A DNA stretch of 64,000 bases from the IMG/VR virus record IMGVR_UViG_3300020202_000061, positions 186,001-250,000 of that record; one strand, 5' to 3'. The translations under genes were made by a program, and so were the position numbers. Below, piece after piece: positions 1-8,402 of this stretch. Each line of letters starts with the position of its first letter. Position 1 is the stretch's first letter. The notes under the pieces are model-generated. The model did not search any database. It worked only from the letters and a program-made list of their open reading frames with translations, and had not been told where the DNA came from.

Positions 1-365
1 TACACCATCCGCTACGGTTTCCAACAGGGCAACTGCTTCGGTGTGGGCTTCGATCCCATCGAAGTCAGCCCGGAAGGTCTGCATGGCGCGTTGAAGGTGC
101 TGACCGGCATCATCGAGCGCACCAAGATCGCGATCACCGAGGCCGAGCAGGACAAGCGCGAGGAATACCCGGATTACAGCGCCGGAACCAACATGTATGG
201 TGGTGCGCTCAAGCAGGCCAAGCGTGGCGAGCCTAACTTTGAGCGGGCTCGCGAGCGGGCCATCCGCACCATGCAGGCCAACCTCAAGCAGGCTCTGCGC
301 GACGAGGTTCACTGGAATGAGCGCATCGTCGAGTGGAAGCCCGGAACCCTTCCTGGAGAACGGAA

Positions 366-656
366 ATGAGCACCAAGAACGATCTCGCCCTCCCCTCGAT
401 CCACGTGAACGGGACCAGTAAGGATGAACTGGTTCGTCAACTCTCTGAGGCGCATCTGCGCCTGCAACAGGCTCGTGAAGCGCTGATGCAGGCTGCGCCT
501 CACCAGCGAGATTACTACGTGCAGAAGGATCAGGGTAACTATTACCGTGCCCGGAAACAGTACGAGGCCCGACTCCTCAAGATCGAGGAAGTGATGAGCG
601 AACTGCTCGATCTCGGCATCCTCATTCAAGATGGTGGCCACAAGGCGGAGGAATAG
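366..656 (+). CDS. hypothetical phage protein
   Basis: ATG overlaps the upstream stop; part of a tightly packed + strand run. Confidence 0.6.
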   Translation: MSTKNDLALPSIHVNGTSKDELVRQLSEAHLRLQQAREALMQAAPHQRDYYVQKDQGNYYRARKQYEARLLKIEEVMSELLDLGILIQDGGHKAEE

Positions 657-798
657 ATGACTCTGGCTGGCCTGATCAAACTGACCTACGTGGCCCAGGG
701 CATGGCTGTGCTATTTGCGCTGCTTGCCGCATTCTCCCTCGGTATGGCCGTCAATGGTCGGAGTCGTGCTCGGCTCCGAACCCAACAGGAGCCCTAAC

Positions 799-1065
799 AT
801 GGATCAGGCAACTCGCGACAAACACAACCTGGACCTCATGTTTGAGGCAACCAGAGCGCTGCGTCATGCGATTGCGCCCAACACACCGATCATCAAGATC
901 GATGAGGCGTGCTTCGTATCGGCTCTTCATATGGCCGTGGTCCAACAGGACGTGGCGACCTTGGAGAAGATCGCCTACGACTGTCGCAAGAACCAGCAGC
1001 GTCTGGACAAGCTTCGGCTGTTGGTGAAGCGAATGGAGATCAACACGCGGGGGTATGCGATATGA
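799..1065 (+). CDS. hypothetical phage protein
   Basis: AGGAG before ATG799; stop overlaps next start. Confidence 0.6.
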   Translation: MDQATRDKHNLDLMFEATRALRHAIAPNTPIIKIDEACFVSALHMAVVQQDVATLEKIAYDCRKNQQRLDKLRLLVKRMEINTRGYAI

Positions 1066-1313
1066 CCCCGGCCGAAGCCCGTTGGGAGCGCATAGCCAGG
1101 GTGACGTTCTTCGTCCTGGAAAAGACCGGCTCCGTGTTCGGGACGTGGCGCGGTCGGATGTCCGCGAAGGATCAACGCGCCCTGTTCGGCCAGTTCCTCG
1201 GCAAGGGTCTGATCGCGATCAACGGTGAGAAAGAGACAATCAAGCACACCCGTAAGGTCTGTTTCGGCTTGGACTTCGACACCACCCACGACATCGCCTG
1301 GAGGGACCTGTGA
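1062..1313 (+). CDS. hypothetical phage protein
   Basis: ATGA overlap coupling on both sides. Confidence 0.55.
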   Translation: MTPAEARWERIARVTFFVLEKTGSVFGTWRGRMSAKDQRALFGQFLGKGLIAINGEKETIKHTRKVCFGLDFDTTHDIAWRDL

Positions 1314-2056
1314 CCGCAATGCTTCGCTCGACTCTGGCCGCCGCTATTGGCTGGGCCGACCCCACTCAGCGTCATCTGGTGGAACCGCCGATGAAGGATG
1401 GTGACTGGATGAAGCCGCTAGAGCGGGCCATCTTCATGGTGTTCGCCATGAACAAGACTGGTCCCAACGCAGACCTGCTGCGCCGAGCCGCCACCCAGTA
1501 TCTCCAAGGTGGTCGGATCGAATTCGACGATCCTGATCATCCTTCGGAGCATCTGGCCGAACAACCCTATCTGGAGTGTCTGGACTGGTACCGGAAGGAA
1601 CAGGAGCGCAAACAGCAGGTTCGGAACAAGCACGAACTGAGCCTCCAGCCTCTGGTTCTGACGCCAGAGCAGCAGGCCGAGATCATGAAGCCGGACTACG
1701 ATTTCCCTCGGTTGAAGAAAAACTCCAGCCGAGTCGTGGCCATGCTCTCGCATGTCATTCCGGAGATCGTGCACACCCACAGCAGTTGGGGTGCGATCTG
1801 GTCGAACAGCGCCAACACCAGCCACATCATGAATTCGATGGTTCGCCACGGAATTCTGGTGGTTGTCGAGGCCGTTCCCGACCGAAGCATCATGGCGGCC
1901 AAGGTCCGCAGCGGTCCGCAGTACGAGCGTGCCCTGGCTAAGTTCGGGATCAAGCCGGATTGGCGACCAACCGGAGTCAAAAAGGGTGTGAACTACGACT
2001 ATTATAATCAGGTCGCCACCGGACAAATCCCGCCGAAATTCCCTCACGGGGCTTGA
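1310..2056 (+). CDS. hypothetical phage protein (248 aa)
   Basis: long ORF ending at the next promoter. Confidence 0.7.
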   Translation: MTAMLRSTLAAAIGWADPTQRHLVEPPMKDGDWMKPLERAIFMVFAMNKTGPNADLLRRAATQYLQGGRIEFDDPDHPSEHLAEQPYLECLDWYRKEQERKQQVRNKHELSLQPLVLTPEQQAEIMKPDYDFPRLKKNSSRVVAMLSHVIPEIVHTHSSWGAIWSNSANTSHIMNSMVRHGILVVVEAVPDRSIMAAKVRSGPQYERALAKFGIKPDWRPTGVKKGVNYDYYNQVATGQIPPKFPHGA

Positions 2057-2081
2057 CAAACCCCGTCGTCTCGGTTATATG
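2053..2081 (+). promoter_or_regulatory. sigma70-like promoter for tRNA-Cys
   Basis: TTGACA-N17-TATATG. Confidence 0.7.
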
Positions 2082-2099
2082 GCGGTAAATAAGCAGTGT

Positions 2100-2176
2100 G
2101 TTGGGGTGGCTCGAAAGGCTAGGCACTCGGCTGCAAACCGTTATTCATGTGGGTTCAAATCCCATCCCCAACTCCA
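2100..2176 (+). tRNA. tRNA-Cys(GCA)
   Basis: GTTGGGG/CCCCAAC acceptor, CT-GCA-AA loop, U73, CCA. Confidence 0.88.
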
Positions 2177-2288
2177 AACCCTAAAATTTCCTTGACACCA
2201 CCCGAAATTGTGCTTGACGGGGAATAAAACCTGCGGTAGTTTACCACCTGAGGTTCATTTACCCCCGCCGTAACACACGGCTAACTCA

Positions 2289-2318
2289 AGCCCACCGGGA
2301 GACTGGTGGGCCTTTTTA
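2289..2318. terminator. intrinsic terminator, probably bidirectional
   Basis: GCCCACCGG-GAGA-CTGGTGGGC then T run; lies at the end of a convergent gene. Confidence 0.7.
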
Positions 2319-4343
2319 TTTGAGTCCGGCACGGCGACGTAGGGACTCGATCATGCGATCCATCCGATCAGGGCCGGGCATTTCGGCACGATCATTATCC
2401 AGGAGTTTCACCAGGATTGAGGCGGCGTCCATCGGATCGAATTCGAACTCCGGAATCACCGGTTTCTTTTTCATTGCCTTGTTGACGCGGTTCACCTTCT
2501 TGGTCGAGTTGGAATCCAGCAGAGTGGCCCATTTCTTGAAGATGGCTTTATCTCTGGGTGTGTCAGCGATGCTGCTGTCATAACCCCGAAGGATATTCTC
2601 ACGATCCTCTTGGACATTATAGTCGTCCATTGCGAGCCACGTATCCGAACTATCACGCACCGCCCTAGCTTCGCGATAGAATTCGTGATCGGGCATTTCA
2701 TCCTCATCATGTTTCAATAGTTCATCCACGGTTTCGGTAAACGTGTCGAGCGGAACATAGTAGGTGACGCCAACTTTGGGATCACCATTCCACACGCGCT
2801 CGCCATTGTCCCAGATCGAATAAACTTGCTGGTGCGTGAATGAATAATCCAGAAGCATCTGCATGTAGCGGAGAAGCTCTTTCTTCTCTTTCGGTGTGGT
2901 TTCGCCCGTGGGTGATCCAGCCTGTTTGATCGACCGGACTAGGATATCCTTGTAACGGCTCTTCTCGATGTTCTGTACCACATGAGCCAAAAGCTTACGA
3001 ATCGGTGCGCGTGAGCGATCCACACCTGCATCTTTGAGGAACATATCCTGGTAGCGATCTGGAAGACGTTCGAGCACGTCAAACAGATCGTGTGCGTCAT
3101 AGGTGAACTCGGGACGAATCATAGTCCAATCGTCCCAGACCTCCATGGCCTTTCTGAGATCATCATCTTGCATGGCCCAGTCCTTGGCGGTTCTCTTATC
3201 GACGACGACCACATATTCTTTATTATCATGCGCGGGATGTTCGGTCACTTCGAAATCATATCCCGGATAGACTCCAGCCTCTTCAGCTTTGAGTTTGAGT
3301 TCGGATTGAACTTCAGCGGTCGGACCATACAGCTTGAGCTTGTCCAACAGCGAGAGGAAGCGAGGATTCTGAGTGATGAGGCGTTCGCGGGTTTCCTCAT
3401 CGAGATCGGTCAGGCTGAAATTGTTCTCGGGCTTGTAGCCGCCACCCTTGATACCGTGAACTCCGGTTTGTTCCTCAGGCGCATCAAGTAGCGCCACGAT
3501 ATAGGGGTGATAACGAGGCACCGGTTTGTCGTTGTTGCGTCCCTTCATCTCACCGAGGTAGCCGCGCTTGTCCAGAATGAACGTCAAGAATGGCACATCC
3601 TGCGGCTTCCCACCGATGACCATGCGCTTGCGCAGGGATAGGACTTTCTCGCCGGGACGACCCATGCCATTGCCGCAGTGTCCCATGGACTTGGCCTCAA
3701 TCGGACATCCACCCACGCCGAGATTCCACCACGCCATCCCATCGGGGAATTCCATGATCTTCTCGGCATCCTGATATGAGTTCTCTGTGGGGTCCATTCC
3801 ACGCGCATCATCCGGACGATTGGTCTGCCAATCCGCCTCGATCTTACCGAACTCCGAGATCAATTGCTCCGGGGTCTGATAGCGCCATACCATGTTCTGC
3901 AAGGCCGGGATGTATTGCATCATCTGAAGGTAGTGCTTGAGGTTCTGTCGGAACTGGCCGCTCAGCGCAGTCGTGACGGCCATGTCAGCCTGCTGCTTGG
4001 TGACCCGTGACATCTTGGCCAGAGCCTCGATATCGCGCTGCACGACCTTCTCCAGTTCTTCATCCCTCGCATACTTCTGAGGATTCTTGTTTGCCATGTC
4101 TGGCTGACCGCCATTGAACAGCGCATCACCCAGGATCGCAGGGCGAGCCCAGCGCAGATACCAGACCACGCGGTCATCACGACGCAGATTCGTGTAGGCC
4201 CAATCCACATACTCGTTGGCACGCTCTGCGATCTCAGGGGCCGCCTGGATGTACTTCTGGAACATCGCACGATAACGATCTACAGCCGCCTCAATGAGCG
4301 GACGAACCCCAGCACGACGTTGAAGTTGCTCGATGAAATCCAC
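2316..4343 (-). CDS. late-type protein with a PcfJ-like domain (675 aa)
   Basis: E..SMGHCG...EMKGRNNDKP motif; TAAATA upstream; RRAG motif at both termini. Confidence 0.65.
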   Translation of the reverse strand: MDFIEQLQRRAGVRPLIEAAVDRYRAMFQKYIQAAPEIAERANEYVDWAYTNLRRDDRVVWYLRWARPAILGDALFNGGQPDMANKNPQKYARDEELEKVVQRDIEALAKMSRVTKQQADMAVTTALSGQFRQNLKHYLQMMQYIPALQNMVWRYQTPEQLISEFGKIEADWQTNRPDDARGMDPTENSYQDAEKIMEFPDGMAWWNLGVGGCPIEAKSMGHCGNGMGRPGEKVLSLRKRMVIGGKPQDVPFLTFILDKRGYLGEMKGRNNDKPVPRYHPYIVALLDAPEEQTGVHGIKGGGYKPENNFSLTDLDEETRERLITQNPRFLSLLDKLKLYGPTAEVQSELKLKAEEAGVYPGYDFEVTEHPAHDNKEYVVVVDKRTAKDWAMQDDDLRKAMEVWDDWTMIRPEFTYDAHDLFDVLERLPDRYQDMFLKDAGVDRSRAPIRKLLAHVVQNIEKSRYKDILVRSIKQAGSPTGETTPKEKKELLRYMQMLLDYSFTHQQVYSIWDNGERVWNGDPKVGVTYYVPLDTFTETVDELLKHDEDEMPDHEFYREARAVRDSSDTWLAMDDYNVQEDRENILRGYDSSIADTPRDKAIFKKWATLLDSNSTKKVNRVNKAMKKKPVIPEFEFDPMDAASILVKLLDNDRAEMPGPDRMDRMIESLRRRAGLK

Positions 4344-4408
4344 AGCTTAGACCCCCACGATATTTAGGAATCCCAGGCCCATCCCGGTCATGACTTGTAA
4401 ATATTAGC

Positions 4409-4840
4409 ATGGGAAGAGCCTGGAAACGACGCAAAGAGAACCATCGCAAGCCACCGAGGCCGATGAGTTGGGACTGTCCGCGAGGCAATTGTCGTTTCTG
4501 TGGCGGGGAGATCATCGAGGACGGAAAGAGAAACAACCGCAAGCATTGGCACCAAAAGTGTGCGGACTTCTGGGGGCTCCTGAACAACCCGGTGGACATG
4601 AAACGCTATGTGTTCGTCCGCGAGAAGGGCACCTGCCAGGGTTGCGGATGGTTCCGGCCACTCATGGGCGACTTCGATGCGGACCATCGTAGACCCCTAT
4701 TTGAGGCTTACGGAGACCTTCGGTACTGGGAACCAATCAACGTCGATCTCCTCTGCAAGGAATGCCATAAGAAGAAAACCAAGGAGGACATGATCCTCTG
4801 GAGGAAACTACAGGAAACCCCTCACACCCCCACTAAGTAG
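4409..4840 (+). CDS. HNH endonuclease with N-terminal Zn-binding motif
   Basis: CRFCG..HQKC; CQGCG...DADHRRPL...NVDLLCKECHKKKT. Confidence 0.85.
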   Translation: MGRAWKRRKENHRKPPRPMSWDCPRGNCRFCGGEIIEDGKRNNRKHWHQKCADFWGLLNNPVDMKRYVFVREKGTCQGCGWFRPLMGDFDADHRRPLFEAYGDLRYWEPINVDLLCKECHKKKTKEDMILWRKLQETPHTPTK

Positions 4841-4844
4841 GAGT

Positions 4845-4934
4845 GGAACTGTGTGTGAGTGGTTGAAACAACTCGCCTCCGACGCGAGCAGGCCCGCAAG
4901 GGCCTCGCGGGTTCGAATCCCGCCGGTTCCGCCA
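4845..4934 (+). tRNA. Ser-type (long variable arm, G73) tRNA with CCG anticodon
   Basis: GGAACTG/CGGTTCC-G-CCA, variable arm GGCCC-GCAA-GGGCC, loop CT-CCG-AC. Confidence 0.8.
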
Positions 4935-4982
4935 ACTTGAAACTCTTAACCCCCCGGATATATTGTTCCGGGGGGATTTTTT

Positions 4983-5213
4983 ATGACCGCATATACCTAC
5001 GAATTCAACGGCGCAATCACTCTGTTTGAGATCGACGGACACACCCACATCAACGTTCGCAATCGCGAACTCGGTGCGAGTGCGATCCTGGCGCTTCCAG
5101 ATTCAATGGAGGCTCCTCCCTATGACGACAAGCTCGGAACCATGTACGCCGGAGGCAGTGTCCGCATCACTGTGGAGATCAATCCCGAAACCGTGGTCCG
5201 CTTGAACAAGTAA
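4983..5213 (+). CDS. hypothetical protein
   Basis: compact ORF after the tRNA terminator. Confidence 0.6.
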   Translation: MTAYTYEFNGAITLFEIDGHTHINVRNRELGASAILALPDSMEAPPYDDKLGTMYAGGSVRITVEINPETVVRLNK

Positions 5214-5226
5214 CCAAGAAGAAACC

Positions 5227-5457
5227 ATGCTCAAAAAATCCATCATCCACGAAGAAGGCGAAGGCTATACCGTTCACACCGGGGACACCCTGACCTACCA
5301 GTTTGTCAGCAACGAAAGCCCGACCACACTCATGCTCAGCCGCAAGGTTGCAGAGATCGCACACGATTCGACCGTGACCCGCTACAAACGAGTCCGTGTC
5401 GAAATCTCGATTCTGCTGGAAGACGAGGAGTACACCGAAACCATCGAATCCGAATAA
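5227..5457 (+). CDS. hypothetical protein
   Basis: compact ORF in series. Confidence 0.55.
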   Translation: MLKKSIIHEEGEGYTVHTGDTLTYQFVSNESPTTLMLSRKVAEIAHDSTVTRYKRVRVEISILLEDEEYTETIESE

Positions 5458-5480
5458 ATATAAATCGGAGGGTTTCGGCC

Positions 5481-6008
5481 ATGAGTAAAAATGAACAGCG
5501 TCTGAGCTACACCGTGGAAAAATCTATTGGTGAGCATGATCCTCATGTTCTGGAGGACATCAAGTCGAGCCGTGAGAAGCTTGGTGAGTTCACCGTAGGG
5601 TTCTTCATGGAAGCGGTCTATGGCGAGGAGTATGCCAGAGCCATCCGTAAGGAAGTGGGTGTGCTCTACGAGAAGAAGCTCAAGGACGTGTCCATGGATG
5701 TGGTCAAGCAGGCCGATGGGTCGATCCGAACCAAGGTTGCAGGGGTCAATACGACACCGGATTCCGAGGAGAAGAAGAAGCACCTGAATGAGGTGTTGGA
5801 ACGACATGAGGACGGAGAGGTAGCGCGTTCGTCGGCCGAGAGCTATCGTCGTGTTCAGCAGACCACGATGGGTGTGAAACCCGAGCCGGAAGAAGATGAG
5901 GATGAGGGCGAGACCGATATGGTTGCGGCACTGAAGGCGCTCGCCAGCATGAGTCCAACAGAAAGAGAAGCCATCATGAAGTTGGCCAAGGCTATGGGGA
6001 AGAAGTGA
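5481..6008 (+). CDS. acidic hypothetical protein, late-type promoter
   Basis: TAAATA at 5455 and GGAGG before ATG. Confidence 0.7.
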   Translation: MSKNEQRLSYTVEKSIGEHDPHVLEDIKSSREKLGEFTVGFFMEAVYGEEYARAIRKEVGVLYEKKLKDVSMDVVKQADGSIRTKVAGVNTTPDSEEKKKHLNEVLERHEDGEVARSSAESYRRVQQTTMGVKPEPEEDEDEGETDMVAALKALASMSPTEREAIMKLAKAMGKK

Positions 6009-6247
6009 TGTCGAATGATTCGAGTTTGCCCGAGGAGATCGAACTAGATCGAGAAGAGGCGCGTGAACTTATTGCGAAGGTGTTGATCGCCACGTTGGTT
6101 GCGATTGTAGTTGGGTCCTTCGCCACGCTTTGGTTCAAGCTGGCTCCGATGACCGACCTCAAGATGCTGCTGGAGATCGTGTTCACGCCGATCATCGGCG
6201 TCATCGGCACCATCCTGGGCTTCTACTACGGAGCCCGCACCAGATGA
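6008..6247 (+). CDS. small two-TM membrane protein
   Basis: two hydrophobic stretches, basic C-terminus. Confidence 0.65.
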   Translation: MSNDSSLPEEIELDREEARELIAKVLIATLVAIVVGSFATLWFKLAPMTDLKMLLEIVFTPIIGVIGTILGFYYGARTR

Positions 6248-6687
6248 AATACGTTTATGACTTACGTGACCTGATCGGGGAGATTGCTCCGATCATTTCG
6301 TATCAGATTCGTTGGGCCTCAGCCACCTACACCAGCATCAAGCCGTTCGTGCGAACTCTGGTCAGGTTGTTTCGCTTCGACTATATGAGGTCCCACCGCA
6401 GGGCTCAGGATTCCTGGATCGCCATGCATATGGCGGATGTCGAGAAGTCTCTGGGTGGAGCAATTCTCGATAATCCACCAGACGTGATAAAACCCGCCAA
6501 CACCCTCATGGAAGAGTGGGAATCCGAACTCCGACTGATCATGGAAAAATGCACTCCGGAGGATTCATTCCAGCGTGATGTGGATTATTGGCGCAAGGAA
6601 CTCACCCAGCAGGACAATGAGAACGGCCATATTACCCCGCAGGTAGTCGATCTGGCCAATCAGTGGCCCTGCATTAAGTCGGAATAA
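6244..6687 (+). CDS. hypothetical protein
   Basis: ATGA coupling to upstream gene. Confidence 0.55.
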   Translation: MKYVYDLRDLIGEIAPIISYQIRWASATYTSIKPFVRTLVRLFRFDYMRSHRRAQDSWIAMHMADVEKSLGGAILDNPPDVIKPANTLMEEWESELRLIMEKCTPEDSFQRDVDYWRKELTQQDNENGHITPQVVDLANQWPCIKSE

Positions 6688-7471
6688 CCATGACCTCGCG
6701 CAGGTAAGAATCCTCCGGAAAATCCGTGAAGCGATCCGAACGAAAATCCATCGGTCGGGAATACCCATTAAGGGTGAGTGGTACCAACCCACTAACCGCG
6801 TGCAATCCTTTGATGCACTCGTTCCAAAACAATGGTGATTTTCCGCCTTTGTCTGTCCGATTGGGCTGTCCCTGGATGATCCATTTATTTGAGAAAGGTT
6901 GGGAACGATCAAACTGAATCATTTTCCCCAGTTCGTCCTGAACACCGAATGGGATACAGTCGAAGTTATCGATGATGACAATGGTATTCTGGACACCTCG
7001 TAGAGTTGTCAAGGCGGCCGTGAAATGCTCATGATGGAAGTGACTCATCTTGGTCACACCGGGCCAACGTAACTCGAAACGCTTCAGGACATCACTGTGA
7101 GACGACTTGGCCACAGAACTGAAGTAGTAGATAGGAATCGTGTTTTGCCTGAGCACCCAATAGAGAGCGTAGGCCAGGAGCAATGTAGTGACACCTAGCT
7201 GACGACCGACGTTCAGGATCGACGAGGGATAATTCTCGACGTGCTCCAGAATCAGTTGTTGAGCCAGTGTCGGACGGAATACCTGAGGTTGGGTATAGAG
7301 GGGATTTTTCACCCCTAGCGTCTCCATAAACTTGATCGGTTGCCAATCGTATTCGAATGGTTTCTGACTTTCTTGGCAGTATTTCTTGAGGTGGGCGAGA
7401 TGCTCGTCACGCTTGGACGGATCAAGATGAGAAGTGACCTCCTCCAGGAGGTCATGCAGAGTTTTTGACAT
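6674..7471 (-). CDS. terminase-large-subunit-like ATPase domain protein, degenerate
   Basis: PTLAQQ (Q motif), VGRQLGVTT (Walker-A-like), IIIDN (Walker-B-like). Confidence 0.55.
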   Translation of the reverse strand: MSKTLHDLLEEVTSHLDPSKRDEHLAHLKKYCQESQKPFEYDWQPIKFMETLGVKNPLYTQPQVFRPTLAQQLILEHVENYPSSILNVGRQLGVTTLLLAYALYWVLRQNTIPIYYFSSVAKSSHSDVLKRFELRWPGVTKMSHFHHEHFTAALTTLRGVQNTIVIIDNFDCIPFGVQDELGKMIQFDRSQPFSNKWIIQGQPNRTDKGGKSPLFWNECIKGLHAVSGLVPLTLNGYSRPMDFRSDRFTDFPEDSYLREVMVIPT

Positions 7472-7543
7472 TTCCAAATCCTATTCGGTTGGTTTCGGAA
7501 TCAGCCTATTCGGGATTCCTGAATCCAAGGTAGACAAAACCTC

Positions 7544-7572
7544 TTGACTTTCAAGATAAGTCAATCTAAATA
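7544..7572 (+). promoter_or_regulatory. composite promoter
   Basis: TTGACT-N17-TAAATA before tRNA-Ser. Confidence 0.7.
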
Positions 7573-7581
7573 CTTGCTCAT

Positions 7582-7671
7582 GGAAGGTGGGCAGGCTGGT
7601 AATGCAGCGGTTTGCTAAACCGTACAGCCCCTTAAAAGGCTGACAGGGTTCGATTCCCTGACCTTCCGCCA
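7582..7671 (+). tRNA. tRNA-Ser(GCT)
   Basis: GGAAGGT/ACCTTCC-G-CCA, long variable arm, TT-GCT-AA. Confidence 0.93.
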
Positions 7672-7940
7672 AATCTCATCACCCCAGGGGTGAAGGAGAT
7701 GAAACCGCCCTCGGGGCGGTTTTCCTTTGAGGATTCCACGATGACCTGACCGATCCGCTTAGCACGACGATGACCCGAAATGGTTCGGGCACGTATGTGC
7801 TGAGGGAAAAGTCATGTCTAAATCAAATGGAACGGTCCGCGAGGTCGCGGAGTATCTCGCCGAAAAGGCCAACCAGGGCTGGAAGGGCTCGAAGTCGATC
7901 CACGGCCGCGAATGGCCTAGGCTGGCCAAGCCGCAATCCC

Positions 7941-7969
7941 TTGACAAACCCAAGGGTTCCTGATATATA
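7941..7969 (+). promoter_or_regulatory. sigma70-like promoter
   Basis: TTGACA-N17-TATATA, followed by non-coding structured sequence. Confidence 0.7.
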
Positions 7970-8176
7970 CCCGCTGCCTCGTAGGAAGGTTGGGCTGAAA
8001 CCCCATCCTCTAAGGAGTGACGAGCGGAAGCAAGTAGGGAGCGCACCCGAAAGCAAGAGGTCCCACTGGGCGATGATCCCGACTGAGATGTCGGGTAGCT
8101 GAATCCACAGGGGTGGGCTTAGAACCGCAGGGAAACTGAAAGGCTAGACGGCAGCGTCGGGTAGTGGGTTTTTTGA
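7968..8176 (+). ncRNA. unassigned structured RNA candidate
   Basis: ends pair (CCCGCTGCC/GGCAGCG..GGG), internal hairpins, T run, no credible ORF. Confidence 0.45.
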
Positions 8177-8402
8177 TTTCCGGGCAACTGGATCAGTTCC
8201 TCCCACAAATGTCTGTGCTGTTCGAGACAAGCCGCCGAGTAGGTGCAGGTAGTTTTGCCCCCGCAGTACGTGAGGAACTGGGGGTTTGATCGGGACGGTA
8301 GATAAACGGATAAGGACCTACCGAGACGACTACCTAAAGCCCTCAGAGTCTTTGGCCTAACTGGCACACCACGCGGCATTCCAGCAATCTCTAAATATGA
8401 GC

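Noticed and set aside
4409-4840. HNH as a mobile homing element or intron ORF
   Set aside because: No interrupted gene or intron core around it; it has a late-type promoter, so it is more likely a resident gene.
7968-8390. tmRNA (one- or two-piece), SRP or 6S RNA
   Set aside because: No GGGG..G3:U70/TCCACCA tRNA-like ends, no SRP helix-8 motif, and not a simple rod with a central bubble.
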